IMG/VR virus record: IMGVR_UViG_3300029288_000094
DNA: 64,000 bases
Source: an uncultured virus (IMG/VR IMGVR_UViG_3300029288_000094)
Taxonomy: Duplodnaviria; Heunggongvirae; Uroviricota; Caudoviricetes
Reading direction: 5' to 3' (one strand)
How positions within the stretch are numbered: position 1 is the stretch's first letter; each line of letters opens with the position of its first letter. The notes under the pieces were generated by a model that was given only the letters and a program-made list of their open reading frames with translations, was not told the origin of the DNA and made no database searches. Below are positions 10,156-20,400 of this stretch, piece after piece. The translations under genes were made by a program, and so were the position numbers.

Positions 10156-11145
10156 ATGGCACAAGCGAAAGGGTCAAAAGCCAAAATTATATACGATGGT
10201 GAGACTACATTTGGTACTACAAGGGATTCAGTAGTTGCCCATGTTCTGCCTTTTGTAAATGAATCACTAAGGCAGTCCAGAAATCTTATTGATTCCCAGT
10301 CAATCAGATCAACTAGGGATACAAGAGCACCTGTTAGAGGAAACTCTGAAGTTGCTGGGGATATCACAGTAGAGTTTGATCCATATATGGGAAAACTTCT
10401 CTACCATGCATTAGGAACAGTCTCAACGACAGGGTCTAGTCCCTATTCACACACCTTTACTGTTTATGACCTACCTCCTGGAATGACTATAGAAAAACAG
10501 TTCACAGACTTAACAACTCCTGAGTATTTTGTATACAATGGATGTAAAGTGAATAGTTTTAGGGTATCTTTAAAATCTGAAGGTTTTATTGATACTTCAA
10601 TCAATTTGATGGGGTCTGCTGAGACAGTTTCTACAACTTCTATAGATGCTTCACCTACTGATTATTCATCTTCGGCTGTAGGTGGTGCATTTAATGCCTT
10701 CAGTGCCACTATTAATGAAGGTGGAGTAGCTCTTGGTATAGTAACTGAGCTTGAGTTTACACTGGAGAATAACCTTGATGGTACTGTATTTGTTATTGAT
10801 GGAACTGGAAAGAGATATGCATTACCTGAAGGTCTTGCTAAAGTTTCAGGTACTATAAGAGCACTATTTGATAGTATGACTCAGTATAATAAAGCTATAA
10901 ACAGTACAGAAACTAGCCTTGATGTGACTTTGTCCAATGGTACTGGTGATGGAACTGCTTACAATGAAAAGATTATGTTTGTCATCGATGAGTTGCTTCT
11001 TTCTCCACAGTCTCCTGTTGTAAGTGGTCCTGGTGGGGTTATGGTAGAATTACCATTTACTGCATATTATCAGGATGGGGCTTCAGAATCTATTTTCAAA
11101 GTAATACTTTGGAATACCCAAACGGCTGGCGATGTAGCTCATTAA
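10156..11145 (+). CDS. Tail tube (major tail) protein
   Basis: GETTFGT, YNGCKVNS, LENNL, VSGTI motifs; position before chaperones and tape measure. Confidence 0.85.
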   Translation: MAQAKGSKAKIIYDGETTFGTTRDSVVAHVLPFVNESLRQSRNLIDSQSIRSTRDTRAPVRGNSEVAGDITVEFDPYMGKLLYHALGTVSTTGSSPYSHTFTVYDLPPGMTIEKQFTDLTTPEYFVYNGCKVNSFRVSLKSEGFIDTSINLMGSAETVSTTSIDASPTDYSSSAVGGAFNAFSATINEGGVALGIVTELEFTLENNLDGTVFVIDGTGKRYALPEGLAKVSGTIRALFDSMTQYNKAINSTETSLDVTLSNGTGDGTAYNEKIMFVIDELLLSPQSPVVSGPGGVMVELPFTAYYQDGASESIFKVILWNTQTAGDVAH

Positions 11146-11154
11146 TAAATAATA

Positions 11155-11184
11155 AACCCCTCCAAGAAAAAACTTGGAGGGGTT
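11155..11184 (+). terminator. 12-bp perfect stem-loop after tail tube gene
   Basis: AACCCCTCCAAG-AAAAAA-CTTGGAGGGGTT. Confidence 0.65.
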
Positions 11185-11214
11185 ACTCCTACAAATATTC
11201 CTAAGGGGGGAATC

Positions 11215-11610
11215 ATGGAAGAAATCAAAGAAAAATACAAATATGAGATAGGTGGAGTTGTCTTTTGGCAAGAAAAACTTCGATTAGGACAAATCAATCA
11301 ACTCATCAGCTTACTTAAAGAAGTAAACATCCCTACTGAAGCTACAGCTATAAATTTAATTACAGCTTTGGGTGATAAACTCTCTTTAGCTATAGCTATA
11401 GTTTTGCACAAACCAGATGTAAATCTAAAAGACAAGGACATTAGAGAAATAGCTGGTGAGATAGAGTTTGAAATGTCACCAGAATTAGCATTAGAGGTGA
11501 TTGAGGATTTTTTCGATTTAACCCCCATCTCTTCTCTGCTGGAGAAAGTGGGAAAAACGGTAGAAAAAATAGCAGAAAAAATGAAGATGGAGACTGGCTC
11601 GACTCCATAG
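11215..11610 (+). CDS. Tail assembly chaperone (G-like)
   Basis: Position between tube and tape measure; contains slippery heptamers. Confidence 0.75.
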   Translation: MEEIKEKYKYEIGGVVFWQEKLRLGQINQLISLLKEVNIPTEATAINLITALGDKLSLAIAIVLHKPDVNLKDKDIREIAGEIEFEMSPELALEVIEDFFDLTPISSLLEKVGKTVEKIAEKMKMETGSTP

Positions 11611-11885
11611 CTGTCATAATGACAGACGGTGATATACTTAAAAGGGATGATTTAATTTGGGGATTTACTTTAGATGAGATTAGACCTTATTTGGAACACA
11701 AAGTTAGAGAAGTAACCATGAGGAATGCAATCCTACAGTTTCTCGGTGTAGAGATGAAGTCTGACGTAATTGACACATACTGTCAGGCTTGCCGTGCTGC
11801 GGGCAGAGACCATTGTGACACTTGTGATAAGGGTAGTATAGAAGTAGTAGAACAGAAAAAGGACAAGACAATTGGCAAACACTAA
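11550..11885 (+). CDS. Tail assembly chaperone GT extension, probably via -1 frameshift
   Basis: The -1 frame is open from ~11505 to 11885 and includes ORF 11619..11885. Slippery sites T-TTT-TTC (11508) and G-GGA-AAA (11550). Confidence 0.7.
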   Translation, partial: GKNGRKNSRKNEDGDWLDSIAVIMTDGDILKRDDLIWGFTLDEIRPYLEHKVREVTMRNAILQFLGVEMKSDVIDTYCQACRAAGRDHCDTCDKGSIEVVEQKKDKTIGKH

Positions 11886-14800
11886 TATTGATGTAGGAAT
11901 TAATGTAATATTAGAAGATTCTGCAAAATTTGAGGCTTCGTTAAAGAAACTTACACAGAGACTTAATGAAGCTTTCAATATGTCTGGTGTTTCTACAGTT
12001 CCTTTGGAAAATATTAGAAGAAAACTTCAAAGTATTGAAGGGAATGCTACTCAAGCTAGTGCTAGTGTTGTTAAAGCATGGGCTAGTGCTTTTAGACAAA
12101 TAGTTACAAATGCACAACAGGCAGGAACTGGTAGGTATAACCTTTGGGATGTATTAAGAAAAGGAATGCCAGAAGCCTTACAAGATTTAGAGAAAGGTAA
12201 TGCTGCTGTTTCACAATTTGTTAATGCCCAAAAGAAGATATGGGAAGATTATGCCCTTTCTATAGATAGAAGTATGTCTAAGATGAGGTCTATGAAATCT
12301 GGCATTTTTAATCGTTATGGCTCTGTTCCCGGATTTAGAGAAGGGGCTTATCATGCTTATGGTGTTCCAGAAACATCTCCCAGAGAGATGTATGAAAAGC
12401 ATCTTAGATTAGAACCTAATTATATTAAAAACGCAAAAGATTTAGGAGCATCAATTAAAGCTATAGACCAGAGAGTAAAAGAACTTAAAAAAATGCCTAG
12501 AGATCAATTTGGCGACCCTGTAGTTCTTGAAAATATAACAAGAAAGTATGAAAAACTTCGTGACACTTTAAACATGAAGTTACATGGTATGGAAGGAAAT
12601 AGATTAAGTGTTAGGAACTTTTCCCTTTCTTTAGGAGTATTAAAAAGAGATATTATAGACTTGATGACTTGGCAAGCTAGGTGGTATGGAACCAAAGCAA
12701 TACTTTTTACCCCATTACAAATTGCAGGTAGTACAATAAAAGGATATGTAGAATGGCAACAAGCTATGCAAAATGCTGCTGCTGTTTCTAATTATACCGA
12801 AAAAGAAATAAGTAAATTAAAAGAAGTAACAATGGAGATTGGTAAACAAACACCAATTTCTGCAAAGGAAGCTTCTAAAGCATTACTAGAATTTGCACAA
12901 GCTGGTTTAGATGCTTCTGCTTCACAAAAAATGTTACCTTTGGCATCAAAAATGGTTGTTGCTACACAAGAAGATATGAAGGTAGCAGTTTCTGCTTTAA
13001 CAACAGCATATTATGCATGGAAACTTGAAGCAAAAGATATGCCAGCAGTTGCAGACCAAATTGCTGCATCAATGGCAGATTCAAAATTAAAAGTAGAAGA
13101 TTTAGCCACAATTTTTAACTATTTAGGAACTATGGCTAAACAAGCAGGAATGGATGTTTCTGATACTTTAACATTAGTTACAGTTATGTCAAAAGCTGGA
13201 GTTAAACCTTCCACTATAGGTACAGGACTAACTCAAGCAATTGTAGCTTTAACTAAAATGGCTCCAAAACTTAGAGAAGAATTTACAAAACTGAGGTTAG
13301 ATTGGAGAGAATTTCAAATACCACAGAATAACCCATTAGAAGTTTTTAAAAAATTAGCATCTTCTGGTATAGATTTAACTAGTATTTTTAAAGGTTTTGA
13401 AACAAGAGCAGGTAGATCAGTTGCAGCTATTGTCAATCAAGGTTTACAGATGATTGATGAAACTAATGCTAAAATTAAGGAAAAAGGATTCCTTGATAAA
13501 GCATTTGAAACATCAATGAATGCTATAGAAAATCAAGCAAAAAGATTTAGAAATATATTAGAATCTGACATATTTGCTGTTTTAGATGTGGGTGGAGGAA
13601 TTTTTGCTAAATTTTTAAAAACAATAAATGATATGATTGAAGGAGTAAATGGGTTATCCGATGCTTTTAGATTGCTCATTTCTACAATATTTGCTGGAGG
13701 AATTATAGCTCTAGTAAGATGGTTATCACATTTGGTAAAAGTTCAAGCTGTTTTAACTTCTATTGCGGTGTTTTTTTCAAATCCAGCTTCTTGGGTAGCT
13801 GCGTTGACCAATCCTTGGGTTTTAGCTGCTGTTGCTGTTGGAACTTTAATAACAGCTTTGCTTAAATTAAAAGATATATTTGCAGATGTTAAAAAAGTAA
13901 TGCAAGAAGGGACAAGTGAAGATACTTTAAGAAGTCTTTCCCCTTTTGCTATAAAACAAAGATATAAAATGATTAGTGATTTGGTAGAAAGAATGGAAAA
14001 AACAAAGGCTGCTGGGGAATCCACAGATATACAACCTGGAGAACTTGCTGCTGTTGGTGTTCCGGGAAATCTTCTAATGAAAGGGCAAACTAGAGCTTTA
14101 GAAGCATTGAAAAAATATCAAAGAGATTATTATTCTCAACTTTTTATGATTTCAGAAAAAGGTCCAGCACATATGCCTGAACCTCCTTCTGGAGAAAAAA
14201 CAACAGGGGGAATTAAAAAGACTAAAGATTATTTTAGAACCTATCTAACTGATTTAAATAAAAAGTATTCTGAAGAAGTTCGTATAATAAAGGAAAATGA
14301 AAAACAGAAATTGTACGAATTAGAAGCTTCTCACAAGTTACAATTAATTTCAGATGAGGATTTTTATAAAAAATCTGAAGAGATTGTTTTAGAAGCTAAT
14401 ATTGATGAACATAACAAAATAGCAGACCAAGTTGATGAATTAAATAAACTGTATAGAGAAAAAGCAAAACCTAAAAACGCAGAAGAAGCTCAAGCATTAT
14501 GGAATGATTATAAAAATAAATATGAAGAGTTAATGAGAAGAATTCTTGAAATTGAAACTGAAGATAAAAAGAAAATAATAGATACAGAAGTTAATACTGA
14601 GTTAAAAAGAAGAGAAATTTTAGACAGAAGACTTGAATTTACTGCTGATATGCTTAGAATTGAAAAAGACTTATATCTTGAAGGTGAGAGGTTTAAATTA
14701 GAAGAAGCTAAGAAAGAAAGAGATTTTCTTTATGAAAAGAAACTTATAAATGCTACCGATTATTATAATAAAGAAGAGCAGTATGCAAAGAAATTATATG

Positions 14801-15657
14801 AAATAAAAATAAATTTAGCTGAAAATGAATATGAAACATGGAAGAAACAGAATGAAGATAAAATGAGACGGATTCTTGAATCTAAGAATATAGAAGCTCA
14901 GATTTCTATATGGGAAGAGTCTGTTAAAAATGAAAAGAAGAAAATTGAAGCAATCCAAAAAGCTGACGAAGAATATTTTGCTTGGGCAATAGAAAATGCT
15001 AGAAAAACTGCTTATGATTTACAGAAAGTTTTTGAGAAGGCTGGATATGGACTATCTGGTTCATTAGCAGTAGCTAAATTAAGACTAAGTGAACTTAGTA
15101 GAACAAATTTAGATATGGCAACTAATGTTGCTGATTCTATAACATCTTTATCAAGTGCAATGGAATCAGCTTTCATGGATTTTTTAGACCATACATCAGA
15201 AGGTTTCTTAAAGTGGGAGAATTTAGTAACAAATGTACTTAATGAAATAACTAAAGAACTTATCAAGGTTTATATTGTTAAACAGTTAATTGGAGGTATA
15301 CAAGGAGTTATCGGTGGTTGGTTTAGTAGTGGTGAGACTGATGTTGCTGGCTTACAAAATTTAATGCCTGGAGGATATAGAGCTTCAGGTGGTCCAGTTT
15401 CCTTAAACAGGGCATATCTTGTTGGAGAACAGGGTCCAGAACTATTTATACCAAATTCAAACGGTAACATAGTTCCTAATGGTCAATTAGGTAATAATGT
15501 TAATGTTTTAGTTAATGTTACTAATAATACCAAAACACCTGTTAATGCAAAACAATCTGAAGCTAAATTTGATGGGAAGAAATATGTGGTTGGTGTTATA
15601 CTTGAAGAACTTTCAGGATACGGGCCTCTGCGCCATGCGATTAAGGGGGTAAGATAA
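11872..15657 (+). CDS. Tape measure protein (TP901-like)
   Basis: 1261 aa, helical; core KLKEVTMEIGKQTPISAKEAS...AGVKPSTIGTGL; C-terminal ASGGPV..YLVGEQGPELFIP. Confidence 0.92.
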   Translation: MANTNIDVGINVILEDSAKFEASLKKLTQRLNEAFNMSGVSTVPLENIRRKLQSIEGNATQASASVVKAWASAFRQIVTNAQQAGTGRYNLWDVLRKGMPEALQDLEKGNAAVSQFVNAQKKIWEDYALSIDRSMSKMRSMKSGIFNRYGSVPGFREGAYHAYGVPETSPREMYEKHLRLEPNYIKNAKDLGASIKAIDQRVKELKKMPRDQFGDPVVLENITRKYEKLRDTLNMKLHGMEGNRLSVRNFSLSLGVLKRDIIDLMTWQARWYGTKAILFTPLQIAGSTIKGYVEWQQAMQNAAAVSNYTEKEISKLKEVTMEIGKQTPISAKEASKALLEFAQAGLDASASQKMLPLASKMVVATQEDMKVAVSALTTAYYAWKLEAKDMPAVADQIAASMADSKLKVEDLATIFNYLGTMAKQAGMDVSDTLTLVTVMSKAGVKPSTIGTGLTQAIVALTKMAPKLREEFTKLRLDWREFQIPQNNPLEVFKKLASSGIDLTSIFKGFETRAGRSVAAIVNQGLQMIDETNAKIKEKGFLDKAFETSMNAIENQAKRFRNILESDIFAVLDVGGGIFAKFLKTINDMIEGVNGLSDAFRLLISTIFAGGIIALVRWLSHLVKVQAVLTSIAVFFSNPASWVAALTNPWVLAAVAVGTLITALLKLKDIFADVKKVMQEGTSEDTLRSLSPFAIKQRYKMISDLVERMEKTKAAGESTDIQPGELAAVGVPGNLLMKGQTRALEALKKYQRDYYSQLFMISEKGPAHMPEPPSGEKTTGGIKKTKDYFRTYLTDLNKKYSEEVRIIKENEKQKLYELEASHKLQLISDEDFYKKSEEIVLEANIDEHNKIADQVDELNKLYREKAKPKNAEEAQALWNDYKNKYEELMRRILEIETEDKKKIIDTEVNTELKRREILDRRLEFTADMLRIEKDLYLEGERFKLEEAKKERDFLYEKKLINATDYYNKEEQYAKKLYEIKINLAENEYETWKKQNEDKMRRILESKNIEAQISIWEESVKNEKKKIEAIQKADEEYFAWAIENARKTAYDLQKVFEKAGYGLSGSLAVAKLRLSELSRTNLDMATNVADSITSLSSAMESAFMDFLDHTSEGFLKWENLVTNVLNEITKELIKVYIVKQLIGGIQGVIGGWFSSGETDVAGLQNLMPGGYRASGGPVSLNRAYLVGEQGPELFIPNSNGNIVPNGQLGNNVNVLVNVTNNTKTPVNAKQSEAKFDGKKYVVGVILEELSGYGPLRHAIKGVR

Positions 15658-16007
15658 TGAGTAGCTATTCGTTCCCATCCCTTGTGGTGGCTCCAACATA
15701 CCCGCTGGATGAGACCAGAGAAGACGGAACTATCTCCACTCCTTTTGAAGCTGGGTATGTTCATACCAGACCCAAGTTCTCACGTAGAGGCAGAAAGACT
15801 TATGGAGTGAAATATATCTATATGCCTACTACCGATAAAGACACATTAGATACTTTTATTACTTCAGTTAGAGAAGGGGCTTATACTTTTACATGGGTTA
15901 ATCCACAGAGTTTAACTACTGTTACTGTTAGATTTGGCGAGATACCGAAATTCAGTTACATTATTAACGGTTACTGGGAATGTGATTTTACTTTAAAAGA
16001 GGTATAG
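15657..16007 (+). CDS. Distal tail protein (lambda gpM-like)
   Basis: FEAGYVHTRP, FTWVNP, FTLKEV; position after tape measure. Confidence 0.75.
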   Translation: MSSYSFPSLVVAPTYPLDETREDGTISTPFEAGYVHTRPKFSRRGRKTYGVKYIYMPTTDKDTLDTFITSVREGAYTFTWVNPQSLTTVTVRFGEIPKFSYIINGYWECDFTLKEV

Positions 16008-16008
16008 T

Positions 16009-17085
16009 TTGGAAGTATTAGATAGTAATCTTATATTAGAGAAGAATAAGTTAGCTGGTGAACAACCTTGGCTTATTTTACTTGAAGTAGAACTTACTGA
16101 TACTGAGACTATCTATTTAGTTAGGAATACTGAAGACATTACTTTCGGTTCTACTACTTATCAGGCATTTCCATTTGAAGTGGATGAAAGAAATCAAGTT
16201 TCTCAAGGTGAGATACCTACTTTAACTATTAGAGTTGGTAATCCAAACAGAACTTTACAGTCTTACCTTGAAGATTATGATGGTTTAGTTGGTAATAGTA
16301 TAACCTTAAGAATAGTTTCTTTACTGTCTACCATTACCGGAGATTTTGATTTTACAGACAGTGGTGGATTTGATTTTGCCGATGGTGGTGGATTTGTATT
16401 CGCTGAAAGTGAAACTGGAGAATCAAGTATTTGGACACAGGCAATAGCATTTACCTATGAAGTTCTTGGTTGTGTTGCTGATGCTACTTGGGTTACATTT
16501 ACTTTAGGTGCTCCAAACCCACTCAATAGAAGATTTCCTTTATATAGGTATATTTCTAACCACTGTAATTGGAAGTTTGGTGAAAGAGAATGTAACTATA
16601 CATTTGATGCAGTTGGTACTTGGACAGCTAACCATCAATATTGGCCTGGAGATTTAATTTACCCTATTACTAACAATGGGCATACTTATAGATGTACTAA
16701 TGCTGGTAAAAGTTCTTACACTGAACCAAGCTGGTCTACTGTTACTGCTACTTTATTTGCAGAAACAACTGGACCTGTTCAGTGGGTAGAATCTACTTTA
16801 CAAACTTGGACAGCATTACATACTTATTATGAAGGAGATATAGTACATCCTATTACAGTTACTGTTACTACTCATAACTATAGAGCTACTACTGATGGTA
16901 TTTCTGGTTCTACAGAACCTACATGGCCTACAAGATTAGGTGGTACTGTTTCAGAAGGAAGTGTTACAGTAACTTGGGTTATGAATGACTGTAAGCGTTC
17001 ATTAAAGAATTGTAGAGACTTAAACATGTCAGATAATTTTGGTGGTCATCCTGGATTATCAAGTGGGGGTATGAAAGTTGTTTAG
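16009..17085 (+). CDS. Minor tail protein (lambda gpL-like) with inserted Trp-rich carbohydrate-binding-like repeats
   Basis: YQAFPFE, IPTLTIRVGN, CNWKF..ECNY ... CKRSLKNC..NFGGHPG Cys motif interrupted by two WTA..Y..GD...EP.W repeats. Confidence 0.8.
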   Translation: MEVLDSNLILEKNKLAGEQPWLILLEVELTDTETIYLVRNTEDITFGSTTYQAFPFEVDERNQVSQGEIPTLTIRVGNPNRTLQSYLEDYDGLVGNSITLRIVSLLSTITGDFDFTDSGGFDFADGGGFVFAESETGESSIWTQAIAFTYEVLGCVADATWVTFTLGAPNPLNRRFPLYRYISNHCNWKFGERECNYTFDAVGTWTANHQYWPGDLIYPITNNGHTYRCTNAGKSSYTEPSWSTVTATLFAETTGPVQWVESTLQTWTALHTYYEGDIVHPITVTVTTHNYRATTDGISGSTEPTWPTRLGGTVSEGSVTVTWVMNDCKRSLKNCRDLNMSDNFGGHPGLSSGGMKVV

Positions 17086-17458
17086 TTATAGTGATTTACT
17101 TGGTGTAAAGTATATAAAAGGCGGTAGAGACAACAAAGGTGTAGATTGTTATGGGTTAGTGCAAATTTTGCACAATAGAATGGGCAAGAATCTGCCAGAA
17201 TATGCTACCCCAGATGATAAGAGTTTGATTTTCCAGTTAGTAAATAGTGAATTAAACAGATGTGTAAAACTTGATGAACCAGAAGCTGGATGCATTGTGC
17301 TTTTTAAGTTTACTCCTTTTGAGTTTCATGTGGGAACAGTTTTGCCAGATAAGCAGAGATTCATTCATATTTTAGAGAATAGGAATGTTGCTGTTGAGAA
17401 ACTAAGTAGTAGAATTTGGTCAAAATTATTGGTAGGATACTACAGATGGGAAGTTTAG
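17078..17458 (+). CDS. NlpC/P60 tail protein (lambda gpK-like)
   Basis: GVDCYGLV, HVG, FIH catalytic motifs. Confidence 0.85.
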   Translation: MFSYSDLLGVKYIKGGRDNKGVDCYGLVQILHNRMGKNLPEYATPDDKSLIFQLVNSELNRCVKLDEPEAGCIVLFKFTPFEFHVGTVLPDKQRFIHILENRNVAVEKLSSRIWSKLLVGYYRWEV

Positions 17459-20400
17459 TTCCAGTAGAAAACAAGATAATAAAACCAGAAGAAGCTATAA
17501 CTTTAGTTAGAGTTAAGAACCCTCTTAACCCTAGAATTGATAGAGAATCTAAGGTTATAGATTATTTTGGTGAAAGTGTTCTAGCTATTAAGAATAAATA
17601 TTTTCCTATAGGTTTGCCTGTTATAGTTTCTATCAATGGTAAAATGATACAGGAACATGATTTTGATAAAGTGTTCTTGAGACATGGAGATTATATTGTT
17701 TTCTACCCAACTATTCAAGGTGGTGGTGGAAATAATATGTTTAGGGCTATAGCTTTTCTTGCGTTAGCTGTAGCAGTTATGTTTGTTGCTCCTTGGGCTG
17801 CTGCTGCTATTGGCCCTGGAATGGGAATAGTAGCTGGTACAGCAGGGATGGCAACATTAACTGGTTTAATAGGCACGGGCATAACTGTTGTTGGGGGTTT
17901 ACTCATCAATGCAATGTTACCACCAACTACACCAGACCAGGCTGCTAATTCAATAAAAACTACCTACTCCTTTAACCCACATACTACTCAAGAACAGGGA
18001 ATTTCAATACCTAAAATATATGGTCAGTTAAGAACTCATGGTAATGTCATAACTGCTTTCAATTATAATGAAAGAAAGAAGTCTACTGCTAACCTCTTGA
18101 TTTGTTTAGGAATGGGTCCAATTGAGTATATCTATGACCATAAACTAAATAAACAAAGAATTGGTAGTATGAAAGATATTGAGATTGATACCAGAATTGG
18201 GGAGATTTCACAACCAGTTATTCCTAATTTTGATGATACTAAAACAGAGAATGGTTATTCTGTATTGATTAGCCATGTTAAAGATTGGAAACCTAGCACT
18301 GTATATGGAATAGAAGAAGAAGTTGCTGTTATAGATGAAACTATTACTACTTCAGTAGTAAGTTATAAATTTATTTCAAACAATAAAGGAAGAAGTGGTA
18401 CTGACTTTCCTGCTGGACCATATACAATTGGACAAGATTATACAGACAATGCTGTTAGTTGGTATTGTGATTCAAAATATCCCTATCAGGTAACTACTGT
18501 TGGTAATGACTTTGATGCTTTAGAAATAGAGTTGAACTTTCCTAGAGGACTATGTGCTATCCAAGATGGAGTACAAGCACATAAAGTTAAATATAACGTA
18601 GAAATATCTCCTACTGGGCAGAATGCATGGTTGCCCATTACAAGAAAACCTCAAGGATTTGTTCCTTGGTCTCCGAATCTAGAAGTTTATACCAATGACA
18701 TTATTGCTTCTGGGCACGGTCAGTTGTTTGAGATAGTTTCTCCAGACATGGCTTCTGGAAAATCAGTAACTACAGGAAAAGAAAGACCTCCTTTTCCTAA
18801 AGTACCATATTCAGCATGTGTAGAAGATATAGGGGGAGAGAGTAGAAAAGTTGAATATGCTTATATTGGAAATGGGGCTGAGACCAGTTTTGGTTCTAAT
18901 ATAGCTACCTATCTAAATGGGGATACGGAAAATGGTTATGATTTATCAGTATTAAATACTGCTGATACTTATCTATACCTCCTAATTAAACAAAATAAGA
19001 AAAAAATTCAAGGAACCCAATTTTTAACTTATATATTTCCAGATACTAAAGCTGCTGTTCCTGGTTGTGCAGGAAAAATACAATATGTAAAAACCAAAGC
19101 AGGGGGTTGGTCAAGTTCAATAGATTTTTCTACTTTTGATACTACGGAAGAGGATTTGATTATTAAGAAAATAGGCTCTGGAAAAATTTTCAGAGAGAAG
19201 ACCATAAATGGAGTAAAAGGAATATGGGTGAGATTATATTTTGCAACAAAAAGTGCGAGTAACACCCCCAAAATAGCATTTCTTAAATCTGGTGATAAGA
19301 AAGAAAAGAAAGATTTTATCGTATATAAAAGTATAGCCCATAATTATGGTACTGGTACTTGGAGTGCTGGTTATCAGATAAGTTCTAGTGGATTTCTTGG
19401 CCCAAATGAAGACAGATTATGGGTAGAGGTTAAGAACAATAATGAAACAGACTACAAGGCACATGTAGAAGGTGCTGATTTTGATGCTAGACAATATGTT
19501 TTAGAAACTTATTACAGTTCTTATGATTATACAAATAGTTCAGTATTAGCTTCTATACTTGTATCAGCAGGGTATAAAGCTAAATATGCAAGAGTTCAAG
19601 GGGTTAAATGGAGGTATTTAACTGGAACTGTTTATAAGGTAGATGAAGCTCGTATAGAGAATTCTGCTTCTATTACTAAAGCTACTACCAGTCCATTCTA
19701 TCATTTAGTTAAGACTCCCCCAATATTTCCACATGGTCAATATGATGTAAGAATAGAAAGAGTTTCTGGAAATGACCCTGCCGCTACTTCTGCTGTCAGT
19801 AGCCAGATGTATTTAACTAACGTCAGGGAAATTACCTTTGATGATTTTTCCTACCCAAGACAAGCCTTAGTTGGAGTAAAAGCATTAGCTACTGATAAAC
19901 TTTCCAGTAGTTTAGATTTTTCTGCTATTGTAAAAGGATTAATAGTTAAAGTAAACAGACCGGATGAAGTAATTGGTACAGATGGTTACAATTATAGATG
20001 TATATCTCCACATACTTCTGCTGAAGCTACCAATAAGCCAATTACTGGAACTAGTTATAGCACATATTGGGAACAGGGTGGTAATAGTGCGGTAGACAAC
20101 AACATTACTTGGACAGTTGGTACTGGATTTACAAGTACTTACAAATGGGTAACTGAATATAATACCAACCCTGCGTGGGTGTGTTATGATTTACTTTCAC
20201 AACCAGTATTAGGTTTGCCTTCTGAAATTAAAGTAGGAACTACTTCCTTTGAGTGTGTGATTAGCCATACAGCTTCTGCTACAAACAAACCTGGAGAAGG
20301 AGTTAACTGGTCACTTTACTGGCAACCAAGTGGTAAACAGGGGATTGACACTGACTGGGCTTTAGGTTCTGCTTATGTGGCAAGACCTGTGCATAGATAT

